Assembly: GCA_964057225.1 (NCBI GenBank)
Contig: OZ059894.1
Coordinates: 7,254,001-7,318,000 of the forward strand
DNA: 64,000 nt
Reading direction: 5' to 3'
DNA from: Auanema rhodensis
Lineage: Eukaryota > Animalia > Nematoda
Shown here: one piece after another, positions 12,864-26,260 of the stretch
How the letters are laid out: every line of letters starts with the position of its first letter
Numbering within the stretch: the stretch's first letter is position 1
Notes under the pieces: generated by a model
Databases searched by the model: none
What the model was told of the DNA's origin: nothing
What the model saw: only the letters and a program-made list of their open reading frames with translations
Program-made: the position numbers and the translations under genes

Positions 12864-15800
12864 ATGGACGCTGATCTACGAATACCCGATATACCTCTAG
12901 CAAAAGAAGAAGACATTGATTCGAACAAGAATAGTCAGAAGTAAGTTTGACTGTTTCATTACTATTTTACGTTTTATCTATGCTTTTCCTTCTATTTTGT
13001 TCGATATTCCTATTGCTACAAGCTGGTGCGACCCATATATATCTTGAGGCTCCCTGACCAAGACGACGATCGATAGCCTTTTTTGGCGTTTTGCCACCGA
13101 CTTTTTGATCGTTCCCTTTGTTTAAAACAATATATAATCACATATGTACTAACCCTATTGTTATCTTTATTATTTTTATGAGTTATCTATTACTTTGTTC
13201 AAAACACGTAAAAAGCATAATTCATGAACTTTTTTTTTCATTTTATCGTTCTCAACTCCACTATTGCTTATTCCAAATGTCTTTGAAACAGATTGATCTT
13301 ACAAGCCTAAACTTGAATTACTTAGCGTGGTTACTCAACCAAGCTTTTCCTGTACTTCGCTCCGCATTGTTCTCGAAGGATATTGAATAAGCTTTACCCA
13401 TCATGTGGCCATGGCTCACTTACATACAGCTTTTTTCCATTCTATGTATGCTTCTATCGATATCTTAGAATGTATTTTGTGCTCATCCCAGCCGTTTCTA
13501 ATTGAATTTAATTCTGGATATGTGCAGTCCTCTTTTCGTTTCTTTCCCTTTGTTCTCCATTATCAACAAATTCGACCACCCGTTGGTTCGTATTCGTTAA
13601 ATTAAGCTAACAAGGAAAGATAAAAGAAGAAGACTGCAATGAGTTTTAGGAAAGGCTTAAATTTAGCTCATTTTATTTATTCTTTGCAATTTCATGAAGT
13701 CATTCCATCCAGAAAATCCATATCACTTCTTTCTCCGGATTTTATGCTGAAAAGAAAAGTGATTATTTATGTTTGTGTTCGAAGAAAAACCCCATACTGG
13801 CTAACTTTCAGTGAATTATTGCATTGAGAGAAAAAATAGATCATTGATAGTTCTCAAAGAATGAGCTGTGATATCCGATAACAGCCGTCTGATGGCATAA
13901 TGACTGAAAAGCTGACAAGCCAATCAGATATGTCAAAACACTAACGATGCAATGAATTTGACCAAATTTGTTTCGTATTTGTTGATCTAACAAATAATCT
14001 TTCGGACTACGCTAGAGAGAAATCGCCATCATCATCAATCGTTATCCCTCTTCTCCCTACCATCCCACGATTCCGATAGCTCAACCGTAAATAATTTTCT
14101 CTCCGCAATCACATCACAGACTATGCTTAGGAAGTGTGTATGTCGTCAATGTCGCGTTCATGCGACCACATTCACTGCTCTCTTTATCTTATCCTTCCCC
14201 TTTCTCCGTTTCCTTTTTTGTTATTTTTCTTTTTGCTCTCATCTTCAGACATAGTGAGCATCGTTGTTGACCCTATCGAAAAACTTCGACATCCACCACT
14301 TCTACTTGAAGCTATTCATCAGGACATACTTTGTGCTTTTGAATCGTGAAAATTGGTCGCGAACGCCTTCACATAGACATGAGTCACTCACACAATGGCG
14401 ATGACCAATATGAAATGTCTTCGGAATACGGACGGCGTCCTTGCAGTTTCATCATCCTCATCATCATCAACATCATAGACTGCTGTTGCCTCATGTCACA
14501 TATTCAATCCTTCATGCCCTGAAAGTGTCTTTTTGTATCCTGCAAATCTGGTATTTACCTCATGGGCAGGAGAGTAGCTACCAAATCTTGGCCTTATAAC
14601 AAGTTCAAACCGGAAAAGCACTTGTTTTTTTTTTTTTTTTTTTTAAAACTACATTCTAAGCTTTCTTTCGATTTCTGGCTCTACTATTCGTCTTTCTCCC
14701 AAGTTTCATGTTGACGTTTTGATGTTTTCTACTTACTTTATAAAAATTACATCCCACATTTCTCACTATTTTAACACTTCACCAACTTTTTCATATCCTG
14801 TTAGAGCTTTTCTATTCATTCCAACAAATAACTTTGTTAGAGCTTCAGTGAAGCCTTGTTCTCTTTATTGAGTTTGGGCCAAATTTCAATGTTTCTAGTT
14901 GCTTTAATTAATTCGTTCTGATAGTATGTACTAGGAAAAGAAACTGAATAGCAATCAATTCTGAAACATTTTTTTGCTCTCGTTCATCGACGCTTTTTCA
15001 ATTTCACTTTCTCTGTGGACTTCCTATTCCGTAGGCCGCCAGTCGCCAACTTTGCTCTACAATCTTTGTTTAGCATTGAATGTAAAGATAGAAGCAGCAG
15101 AAGCAAAAGAATCAATGAGTGGTTGAGAAATGAAGCAGGTAGTGAGGATTTGAGAGGGAAATAGCAAGAGCGAAAGAAAGAGAAAGGGAAAGAGAGATTT
15201 GGAGGGCACTATCCCTGTTTGTATACATGAGGAAATGTTTATAATAAGAGAAAATATGTATCGTTTCTGTTGTAAGTGTGAAGATTCTATGCCACATGGT
15301 GGAAACAAATCTGCGTTGCTTATTTAATTTTCTTTCGTTTTATTTTTCTTTTCTTTGAGCCCCGTTTGAGCTCCCTCTCTTGGCTGTATGCCATAGATTG
15401 ATTCATTTGGTTTTCATCTTTAAGACATGTATAGCCTCCTCGTTTTCTTTTTTTCAACATCTTAGTTAGCATGTGTCCGCAATCGACTGAATTCAAAAGA
15501 ACATAGATATGTCTTAAATGCCATTAACAGCTACAAGTCTTCTGGTAACTAGAAAGTTGAAATAGTTTCAGAACAAAATCAACAACAGGTGTAGATTATA
15601 CATATTCAACAAATTTGTTCATCAGTTATTTAGACTACGGAAATCTAACTGTTCATAATGCTTTTGCCTGTTCTACACTAAAATTATTAACTATAGTTTC
15701 ATATAGTTTCCCTTCTCTGTTTCCCTTCCTCGGGTTCTCGTAAGAAAATTATAAGAGGCAAAAGCAACTAAATGAAATAAAAGAAAACTGAAGAAAAGGA

Positions 15801-18800
15801 AGCTGAAGAAAAGAAAGAATATACAAACACAAATTTCACACATACACCAGCATACCAACATATGCAGTATGTCGTGGCTTTTGTCCGTTCAAGACGGCCT
15901 CACTGAATGAGAAAGAGAGACAGAGAGAAAGAGAGAGAATACAATGAAGAGAAACTGAAGATACCGCTACACGAAGCTTACTTAAGGATGCATTACCGCT
16001 CTAACCAGATATCTCTCCAACAGAACGATATGCTATTTTCGTTCACAAAGGGAGTTCCTTCGTTTTGCCAGTAGTTGACAACAACACAGAGTCAAGACTA
16101 TTGTTCTTTCAAAAAAGCATATTTTACCAATCTTAAAAATTCACTGTTTTCTTACAATTTTGCCCGCTTTCAATCTGCTTGACCTCAGATGGTATTACCA
16201 GGTTTCTTCTTAAACTTCCCACATGCATGACTTAAGTCTTTTGTTCAGTTTAAAAGCTAGCAAAGTATTCTTTGTTTTTAGCATCTTATTCAACTTTGTT
16301 GTTGATAAGACAGTTCTTATATTCTGAACAATCAAATTCTTCCGTTCAGGTTTTTTAAATTCCACAAGACCAGCTGGACATTGAATCAAACAAGATAGCT
16401 GAAGCATATTGGCCTTTGATGCTCAAAACATACATATATCTACATGGTCTCCATTTAACAAGATAAAATCATTTTGGGGACAATGTCGATGAACATGACT
16501 AGGAGACAAATCTATGTTTCCAAGCCTACACAAAGGCAGTGATATTAGTACTGAGCCGGTCGATGGATTCCTCATTGAAGCAATTTATTCCCCGAGGACA
16601 TTGGCTGACGAAGAGAGATATGGCGGGAGTCCGAAAGAATGAGCATAAGAGGAGAAGAAGGGAATAGTAGAAATGTTGCAAATAGGCCAATTTGTCCAGA
16701 CTACGAGAATTTACCACAATCCTCTCTACAGCATAACTATGAAAACGAGAGTAATGTGTCAAAGAGTGTTGAAACTTCCTGTATCATTGGGGCATTTTTA
16801 TTCTTCTTCTTCTCTTTTGAGCCTAATGGTGCTGAACTGCTGAATTCAAGATTTGTATATAGGGATTTCAAAAATAATGGAAGTATTAAAGATTCGTCAA
16901 ACAATGTTTTAAAAACGTTTGCCAAGTGCCTAATGAAAGTAGTCTCCGAGTAATATTAACGACAAGCCTATTGACTAGTGTAACAACTATAAACTCAAGC
17001 ATAGTAGTTTTTCAATTTATCACCTGAATCACAAATATATTTTTGTTTTTTTGAGTTCAATAATATAGTTTGAAATATTTGTTATTATATTTTTTATTTT
17101 CAGTGAAGATGATGAGAATCCTGTTAGATCTGTTGAAGAAGAAAGAATTAGCGACGATTTCTCCGGGTCACTCGAGGTTTGTATTGCTTTTGGATTTGTT
17201 GAAACACAACTTCTTTTGAAAATGGAAAAACTAATCTTATTCTGCTGTGTCATCAATACAAAATCGAAAGAAAAACGTTATTTGTACTTTTGTGAATCAT
17301 GTACCTTCATTTTCTCAATATGATCACGCTATACAATCAAAAAATTATTTGTAACAAAAAATTTTTTTTTCTCATGACTAATTTTTGTAGGATCTGGTAG
17401 GCAATTTTGATGAAAAGATTATCAACTGTCTCAAGGATCATGAAGCTAATACGGAAGAGATAGCTCCCGTTCAAGTTCGAACTCAGGATGAAATCATGTC
17501 TGAAAGCCAGTACGTTTTCATTTCATTTTTTTCAAAATGTTGGTACGATCTTCATCATACTATCTAAGTTTTCTAACGGGTTTTCATTCAAATAATTGGA
17601 TCTAGTCTCCAAAATTGGCGCCTATTTCTCTATCATTTTTGGTGGCTTCTCTGTCGGAAATTAGTTCTGACTATACTAGTTGGATTTTTTATTCTGAAAA
17701 TCGTATATGCGCTGAACAAAATAATTCCTATAGACTATGAAATTCTGATTTTTCGATTTTCTTCATGATTAAGGTATAATTCGAAAAATCAAACAAATCT
17801 GGAATTCTATATGTCTATAAGAGTTTTTGAAAAAAAATTTTAAAAAACTTCTAAAGATAAGTGATTATTACGATGCAAAGTGAGCTATTCTTACGAAAAG
17901 AGGATGACATTACGATAGTAACAAGTGTTCCAGTCATATTTCTTTTTGAAGTTCTTGCATCCGTATTCAAATCACTTTAGATTTATTTTATTGTGTTTTA
18001 ACAGTCAATAAAATCAACTATGTAATACAAATTTGAGTTTACGCCACATATTCTTTCTATTGAATAATCAGGCAAAAAAACATTCGGTAAAATTCTTGTT
18101 TTAATATGAAAAGAAGAAAGGGAATAGAGTGAAAACGGTTTCATACCGTTGTTTAGCTAGTATTATAAGAAGATTATTTTGAATTGTTTTCAATATTTCC
18201 TATTCTCCTAGGAAATATACATATATATTTGAAAACAATCGTATAACAAATGAAAAAAAATACAAATATACATATACATATACATATATTTCTAGGACAT
18301 GGTGGACACTCACAGGAAACTTTGGTAACATTCAACCGTTGGATTTCCACAAATCAACAATTCGAAAACACATGTTACCAGCTTTAGATCTTCACGATCG
18401 TGTGGTGAGTTAGCATTTGTGATTGTTGCAAACCCGATGTAATTGGATGGTTAGAATATCAATGCTTGATACCTTTTGCCCTACTTTCTTTCTCAGAGGA
18501 TATTCTGAAGAACAACTGACTTGCCCATCCAGATGGCCCATATGTCGTCAACTTGTCACTTTGAAAGCTATCTCAAGTATCGAAGCTCAAGCTGTTAATG
18601 ATCCTCTGCCTTGTTTAATGAGACAGTTATGATATTTTCTTGACTAAGCACATATTGAGTTGGCCTCGCTCGATATCTCCAGGGTATTTTTGATTGAGCC
18701 GTACTCCCTGTTCACACTATAATCTTCTTCATCCTTTTATATTTCTCGTCACTGCATCTCATTGAAGAAGCTTCTCATTTCTTGTTGTTGTGAGTTCCAT

Positions 18801-21800
18801 ATTGTGATCTTTCTTCTCCCTTTTCTATTTGTTAGTTTGCTCCAGGGTTACATGCTCTTTTTCAACGAAACATAAACCATCCAGACGACTTTCTTTGCTT
18901 ACACCCTTAGAAAGAAAGAATGATGAAGGAGTAGGAGGGGGGTCTTATCTGGGGTCTTAATCCTACCGCTAGATTCTCTGAACCTCCGGCACGCCACTGG
19001 TCCATTTCCTCTCTGCGTTTTCATCTAATCGTACATCTCTTTGTTCTCCCGAGCTCACACGAGAAAACATCCAGAAAACTAAAAGAGCTGAATAGACAAC
19101 AAAGATGTGTGGTCAATAGGATTGGGACACCAAGCATAGCCTCTTCAACCAATGATTCCCGCGCATCTGGAGAAGAATAATTTCACAAACTGAATATTGT
19201 ACTTTATGATCCAATTTCTAATATAGGGAATATACTTTTAGATACAATATCAATATCCTATCCTCCCTAAAAGTGTAATTGACGATTCCAGCTGGCATTC
19301 AATTAATGACCTTTCTTATATACCCCCTCCCAAATATCCTTACGAACAGCTCAATTCTCAAAGTTTCCTAGGGAGACACCATAAAAGGGGCAACCATAGT
19401 AAAAAGCAGTAGCAACACACTACTAGCTGATTCCATAAAAAGATGAGTGAATTGATGAAAAACAGGAAATAATTGAGGCTAAAGATAGTGAATTAAATCG
19501 TTGAACCCTAGCTGTTCTTCTTTTCTTAGCTTCAAGCACTAAAAGCTCTTCCCCCTGTTAACGGCCTATGCCCTGCTTCAAAGACTAGGAAACAAGTGCC
19601 AAATAACAAAAGGATTGTATGCCAAATAAGCTTATGAGGAAAGAGAGCATCGGTAGGCTGGAGAGATGAGAATATAGAAGAATCGGAGGGAATGAAAAAA
19701 GAGGTGGATGCAGAGACGAAGAGGGGGCTCTCCCTGAGCTTCAACAACACACACCCACACGTGTCTAGCTGGGTTTTCATCGATTGCTCTTGTCGAGCTC
19801 TCTTTCTCTGAAGCATCAGGCCGTGCTTGACTTCTAACTATATATGTCGTCAAACACGCAGACGTGAGCATCTTACGTGCTTTCCAAGTTTAAAGGTCAC
19901 CAATATGAATATTCTTATACTGTAAGGCTCAGTCGTTCAGCAAGCAAATGTATGTCATATATATGCTGCTTCTTCTCCCTCTTAACTTGGTGCTGAATTT
20001 AATTAGATATTGGTACCCTTCTGGTCCTATATCATATGCTTTTGCATAAATGGCCAAAATAATAATTGTTTCAAATACATCTAAGGGTACACGTTTCCTT
20101 TCTCATAATTCATCCATATTTTCTTTCTCTCCCTGTCTCCCTCTTTTTCTATCTATCTGGCACCAACTATTCTTTCAATATAATTTCCAAGTGACGAAAA
20201 CAGAGAAAAATAAGCTGCTTTCAATACTAACTAATACAAATGAACATATTAAGAATTAAAATATCATCCAAAACCTCTCCTCTTTTACTGATTTCTCTGA
20301 CTCATTTATTAGTTAAGCTTCAACTATCAAAACAAATTAAAGCCTTATAAAAAATAAAGTAGTGACTCATTTTTGGTAAAAAAAACTTATAATTCATGCA
20401 TCTATCCATTGCTTCGTCGTTTTCTTCAAAGCTTATTGATTTATGTGTGTTTCGTATGCTACATCGATTTCAAATGTTCTACGATAAATCAGAATTTGTT
20501 TTCAGAGTAATAGTGAGGACGGAGGTGTCTCGTCCGGGGACGAGGATGAATTAAGACATCAACTCGATATGCATCAGCTTGTAGCTCAAGGAAGTCTTAC
20601 AGATTCTCCTCCTCAAACTGCAGATCAGGTCATTGAGGAAATCGATGAAATGTTACAGGTATGAGCAGTATTTCAATAATTTTTCTTAAAATGTTGTATA
20701 CTATGTTTATTAAACTTCCTACTTTTCAGTCATGTGATTTTACTGCATCGATGATGACCGATCGAACAATGGAATCTGTAGATTCAATGTACTCTTCAAT
20801 GCGTTCGCCATTACCCTCAGGTGGAAACTGCTCAGATGCCGACTCCAAGTTGCGACAAACTCAGGCTTTAGCAAGTAACCCAGAAAGTAAGTCAGGTTTT
20901 ATTTATTCCATTTCGGTTTTCTTCATTCCTAATACTTGTTGAAATAGTATCGTCACCGGGATACGGACTCTTTCTTTGGCAAGAATCTAGCCGCTTTTAT
21001 ATGCACAGCTCTTCTTAATATTTCTCTCTTGTTATACTTTATGGGTTGAAGCTCCTAAGCTTGTTCAAATGTGAAGAAAATCACTATATGCGAATTTTCT
21101 CTGAATATTCATCAGATTCTTGCAGTCTGTGCTCTCTAATAGAGAGCACGTGGATAAGCTTTTCCTGCTTAGGCGCACAACACCAACTTCTTACAGTCGT
21201 TCCCAGCATTCTTCATCCTGCTTTCCCTTTCTACTCTAATAATTTTATCTTAACAATTCACTTTTTTCTTAGTCAACACTTTATTTCACTTCCTTCACAA
21301 ATTTGAAACAAAAAAATTGCATTTTAAAATTAATAAATGAGTCCTTTATCCTGTGTGGTGAGAGGGGCGAGAAATAGATATCAGAAAGTTGAATATAGGG
21401 TGTTTGAAAATGAAGCAAGAAGAAATCATTAAATTCATTAAACATCCAAATAATATATCGAGATTATTGAATTGAAAAGGAATAAACAACTTTCTTTCTC
21501 TGCAGGATTCAACAGTGAAGCCCTCCATGGTAAATACTATTTGGATGTATTAGATTGGTTTTATGCACTCAACTTAGTTCTCTTTCTAGATTTTTTTTTC
21601 TGATTCATTAGCTTAGTTTAGCTTATATGTGATGTTCTATTGTTGTCCGTACAAACCGATCTGCATCCTCTTCTGTCTGTTTTTACTTTTCTCGGAAAAT
21701 GCTTTTTTCATTTCATTCTAAAAACAGCACTTTACACTATAAATCCACTTTCACTGTAGGACACCTTGTCACCTATCTTAGAAGTTTTTAGTAATGCACT

Positions 21801-22460
21801 GACTGATCTGAGCTTGGCTTCGACATCTCCACATTTGCTCATTCTGATCTTTTCAGATCTCCAAGAATTATCGTATTCCAAATTGGTTACCCTTAATGCC
21901 GAAATGGAACAACTTATTCAAGTCTATAACGAGAGTTTAGTAGAAGAATTAGCACACAGGTTTCAATTAATTTCTATACTTCAGTTTATATTCCAATTTC
22001 AGAGATGAACTTGAATATGAGAAAGAAATGAAAAATTCTTTCATTTCGTTGATATTGTCTATACAGAATAAACGAAGACAGTTCAATAATGAACGAAAAA
22101 GAAAAGGGGTATGGCATTAGTATTCTGCGAACTTCAACTAAGCTTGATGTATTTCAGTCCAAACTTGACGCATCTCAACTCCCACAATTCATGACGGCTA
22201 CTATTCCTTACAATGAAGGACAGCATGTAGATAATTCAACCTTAGCCCAACTCATAAAAAGTAAGACAATAGCTTCGTTTTGGATTAAAGAACGTTTTTT
22301 ATTTTGCTTCTTTTCAGTTCTAAAAGCTATTAATGATGACAGCGCAACAGTTCCATCGTTACTAACAGATTATATTCTCACTGGTAAACGATATTTCTAT
22401 GTTTTCTGTACCAAAGCCTTTTCAATTTCAGTTGTCTGCCCAAAAACTGTAGCCTGCTAA
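12864..22460 (+). CDS. unc-76: UNC-76 / FEZ1 kinesin-1 adaptor
   Basis: Exons 12864-12940, 17104-17176, 17391-17509, 18296-18404, 20506-20658, 20730-20886, 21857-21959, 22003-22108, 22158-22260, 22318-22383, 22432-22460. Hallmarks DLRIPDIPLA, SGSLEDLVGNFDEKI, WWTLTGNFGNIQPLDF, PPQTADQVIEEIDEMLQ, LAHRDELEYEKEMKNSFIS, VPSLLTDYIL, VCP. An in-frame upstream ATG lies at 12828. Confidence 0.95.
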
Positions 22461-22879
22461 CCGGTGCTCTCTGATCTCATCAGGCTTTTCCTGCCACAGC
22501 TACTTCATTATCATAATGTTTTCTAATTATAACGCTTTCGTCTAGTCCACAAAACATGATTTTAAAACCAAGGATTTTGGGTGTCCGGTTGCTTTAAAGT
22601 TTCTTCACAGAACAATATCTATAGGTCCCATTTTATAAGCTTGCAGGTGTTCGTATTTGCTTGACCAGCATTTCAAATGATTTTATTGACTGAATCTCTA
22701 TAGGTCAATATTTCCATTATGTTAAGATGAAATATTGTTTCCATTATTTTGCCATCACAGATTCTGAGATTGCGCTATCTTATAGAGTTATACAAAATCT
22801 GCTTATTTTAAGCAGTTATTGTGAATAAATTTTTCTACTTTTACATTTTATTTATCGAAAGGGTTTAAAAAACAAAACA

Positions 22880-24564
22880 TTAAAGATCTTTATTCTTACG
22901 AAACATTTCGCTGTTAAACAGTTTGATAGGCATATCTCCATGAAGTGTATGGCCGCTTAACTTATTGAAAATCTTCCTTGGTACTGTATCTCTCTCATCA
23001 GTACCGATATCAAACCGAGCATGCGCATATATTGAATCAGGTATGGTTGAATTGGAATATATCTCAGCGCTTCTGAAGAAATCCGTTGATAAATAATAAT
23101 TCACATATTCGCATAAAACATAATCGCGTGCACACGTGGGGATTATCTATTATTGTAGTTGACGCATTCAAACAAATGGTTGTTTCTTAATTTAAAAAAA
23201 CTTACTTGGCATTCATCATCAGAATACCTGTCCATGCTATCATTTCAGCATTATCAGTGCACAAGTGTGGGGGTACAGCAATATGATCTATGTTATAATA
23301 CGAACACACTTTTTTAATTCCTGAATATTTCATAATTTTCCCCCTTTCCATTTATATTTACCGTTATTAATATAAGCATTAGAAGCCACACCACCACTAA
23401 CTACTAAATGATTAATATCCTCAAGTTGATGTTTATACTTTAGAAAATCCAAAACGCCATTCAGTCGACTAATTATGTGCCGAGCAACATAATGCTAAGG
23501 GAAAAAGATATTCTAGCCAAGATTAAAGTTCACACCTGAGCACTGCTGCAAAAATCTTCAATAGAAAAATCATCTTTGCACATGGATCTTTTAGCTAAAT
23601 TGAGAAAACTGGATTTTAATTGAGAAAAATTCATATCGGCGCCAGGAATGCTTGGTAAATTCACTTGATAACGTAAATAACCCTCCGATGAAGCCCTAAA
23701 ATTACCAACATATTTCAAACTGGAATAAAAACCTTACTTTCGGGCAAGCAATTCAAGAGCTGCACCAGCATGCATATTTTCATATCCTGGTATATTCTGT
23801 ATATTTAGTTCTCTTGCTATCTTATCCAAACATTCTCCTGCACTACCTGATAGGCTTTTGCCTGAAATAATTTAATTGATTAAATATACAATATAGACTA
23901 TTTTATCCTACCTAGAATAACAAAATCTTCTACCGATCTGACCAACACTATCAATGAATGTCCTCCTGATATCAATAAAGTTAGAAAAGGAAAATTTAAC
24001 GATTCTGAGCATAGAAATCCAGAAAGAGCATGAGCTCTCATATGATGAACAGGAATCAAAGGCTTATTATGGGTTCTTCAAAAATTCATTTTAATTTTTT
24101 TGGAAGTATTAATTACTTTGCTAATTGTATTCCCATTTTGATTCCCTCTTTTAATGCTATCACAAGCCCTGGCTTTGTTGTTACCGCAACAGCATCTATA
24201 GCGTCGAAGGAACACCCTGATTCAGTGATGCATTGCTGAATCAAACTGGGCAATTTTTCCAAATGCTACAATCATTTCAATGATCCAAAGTTTGCAATTC
24301 ACGATTAACCTGAACAGCCACACTCCCCGGGCATATTCCTCCTTTTAATTGTTGGTCCGATCTGTTAGTATAACGAACAGAGGAAAAAACTTTTCTATCA
24401 CTTCCTACAATGGCTACAGCAGTATCATCGCAACTATAAAAACAAAACAATAAAAACCTCCGAAATATAAACAACCTTGTTTCAATTCCTATTACTTTAT
24501 ATCCCCTTCTTGATGTAACAAGCTGATGAGCACAGTGCCGTAAAAAAGGCTGAAAGCTTCTCAT
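22880..24564 (-). CDS. osgl-1: Mitochondrial tRNA N6-threonylcarbamoyltransferase (OSGEPL1/Qri7/TsaD family)
   Basis: Arg-rich presequence-like N-terminus followed by IGIETSCDDT, AVTTKPGL, VHHMRAH, LISGGHS, GECLDKIAR, VSGGVASN and CTDNAEMIAW across short GT-AG introns. Confidence 0.92.
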
Positions 24565-24745
24565 CTATCGACGAGCCATAGCCATGTACGATAATGTGCT
24601 CCAATGCTAACTTGGCAACACGCCCAATAATCCTAAATACCGTAAACTAGGTGGGTATTGGCGATGGCGGGAAATCCATTCCAAGAGGACGTGGCGACTG
24701 CGTTACTACGTTTTTGCAAATTCGTCTGAGCCTCTTATTCTAAAT
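24565..24745. promoter_or_regulatory. Compact bidirectional promoter (181 bp between ATGs) with E2F-type site GGCGGGAAA at 24666-24674
   Basis: Head-to-head start codons at 24564(-) and 24746(+); GC-richer patch containing TTTCCCGCC on the minus strand. Confidence 0.65.
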
Positions 24746-26260
24746 ATGACTTCGAGAGTTTACATTGGACGTTTATCCTTTCGAGCATCTGAAAAGGATA
24801 TAGAAACTTTTTTCCGCGGTTACGGAAGAATTCGCGATATTGTTCTGAAAAATGGATTCGGCTTTGTTGTAAGTGTTATGAAATTCAAATTATTTTTTTA
24901 TTTTTTTAAATTTAAAAATTTAAATTTATTGTTTTTGTTTAGGAGTTCGATGATCCAAGAGATGCAGATGATGCTGTTTATGACTTGAATGGTAGAGAAC
25001 TTGTTGGTGAACGAGTTACACTTGAATTCTCCAAGAAAGGTCCTAGAGGTCGCGGAGGCGGAGGCGGAGGTGGCGGAGGCGGTGGTGGTGGCGGTGGTAG
25101 CTATGACAATCGCTTCCCTCCTCGTCGTGGAGATAGATCGAAGTAAATTTGCTTTATTTTGTTGTTTATTGTGTTTTTATTGGCATAGGTATGGACCACC
25201 TACACAGACAAGACATCGGTTAATAGTGGAAAATCTTTCCACAAGAGTATCATGGCAGGTTCGTACTTTCGTTTGTTTTATTTTAACTTTTATAATTCGT
25301 CCAACTTGCAAATCTTAGCTCGTTGACGCCTCTTGAAAGTTTTGAGCGATTCTCTGAGAGTCTGTGCGGTCGTGTGGCCTGGTGACTGGAATTGCGAACG
25401 CGACGCAATTGAGCATTATTTCAAAAAGATTCTGTTTATTCGATTTCGCTTGTCGTCTGCCTGATTCGCTCCGAGACGCTGAGATTGAATCTTACACTAT
25501 CTCTTTCCCCGTTGTACTCGATGTTGAAGACGATGAAACGTGCTTTGCGTATTTCCATTTGACTGTCCGAGGCTTGAAGCAAGACCGTCTGATCATAAGT
25601 GACCAAAGAAGTGATGAACAACGAAGAGTGTTATAGGATCTGAAAGATTTGATGAGACGAGCTGGATGTGAAGTTACATATGCTGATGCCCACAAAAGCG
25701 AGAAGAATGAGGGGTAAGCATTGGTCATAATAAACGATTGATAATCATAACATTTTAGGGTTGTATGCTTCGCTACAAGGGATGATTTGGACCGCGCCAT
25801 CAGTAAAATGCAGGGTGAAGAAATAAATGGAAGAAAAATAAAACTTGTTGATGACTCTGAACGTAGAAGCCGTAGTCGCTCACGTTCCAGGGGACGATCT
25901 CGCAGTAACAGGTCAGTTTCTTTTTTTAATTATATGCTAAATTTTGTTATTTTTAGCAGATCTAGATCTCGTTCAAGATCACGCAGCAGATCTCGCAGCC
26001 GCTCAAGAAGCAAGAGCCGTAGTCGCAGCAGATCTAAGAGTAGAAGCAAGAGTAGAAGCAAGAGTAGAAGCAAGAGCAGAAGCAAGAGCAGAAGCAAGAG
26101 CAGAAGTAGAACTCGTTCGGCCTCTAGGTCTCACTCCCGCTCCAGAAGTGGATCTCCAAGAAAAGATAGATCCGTTAGCAGAGATAGATCTCGTTCTCGT
26201 TCAGCCGGACGAGAAAGTGCTGGACGTAAGTCTAGAAGCGGTTCTCCCATGGCTGAATGA
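24746..26260 (+). CDS. rsp-1: SR splicing factor of the SRSF4/5/6 class (RRM, Gly linker, RRMH, RS domain)
   Basis: Exons 24746-24868, 24943-25142, 25189-25258, 25637-25713, 25759-25911, 25957-26260. [19 protein letters not shown]|DLKD and a long RS tail. Family is secure; rsp-1 versus rsp-2 is less so. Confidence 0.9.
25319..25636 (+). other. Poison exon extension (upstream alternative 3' splice site, PTC TGA at 25334-25336) in the SWQ|DLKD intron
   Basis: Acceptor aatcttag ending 25318 gives a normal 60-nt intron and reads LVDAS*. The productive acceptor (gaagagtgttatag) is purine-rich and weak, and the intervening sequence is GC-richer with GAAGAC/GATGAA motifs. Confidence 0.75.
26037..26110 (+). 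repeat. 12-bp coding tandem repeat (AAGAGYAGAAGC) encoding KSRS units of the RS domain
   Basis: About 6 copies read directly. Confidence 0.85.

Noticed and set aside
12951-12958. CTGTTTCA piRNA (Ruby) core motif, also near 51568 and 52852
   Set aside because: Isolated hits, two inside coding exons; consistent with chance.
16639-16953. 104-aa ORF in unc-76 intron 1 as a nested gene or alternative first exon
   Set aside because: No recognisable homology and no donor in the phase needed for unc-76 exon 2.
25364-25800. Overlapping ORFs on both strands in the SR gene intron
   Set aside because: Better explained by the GC-richer poison-exon element.
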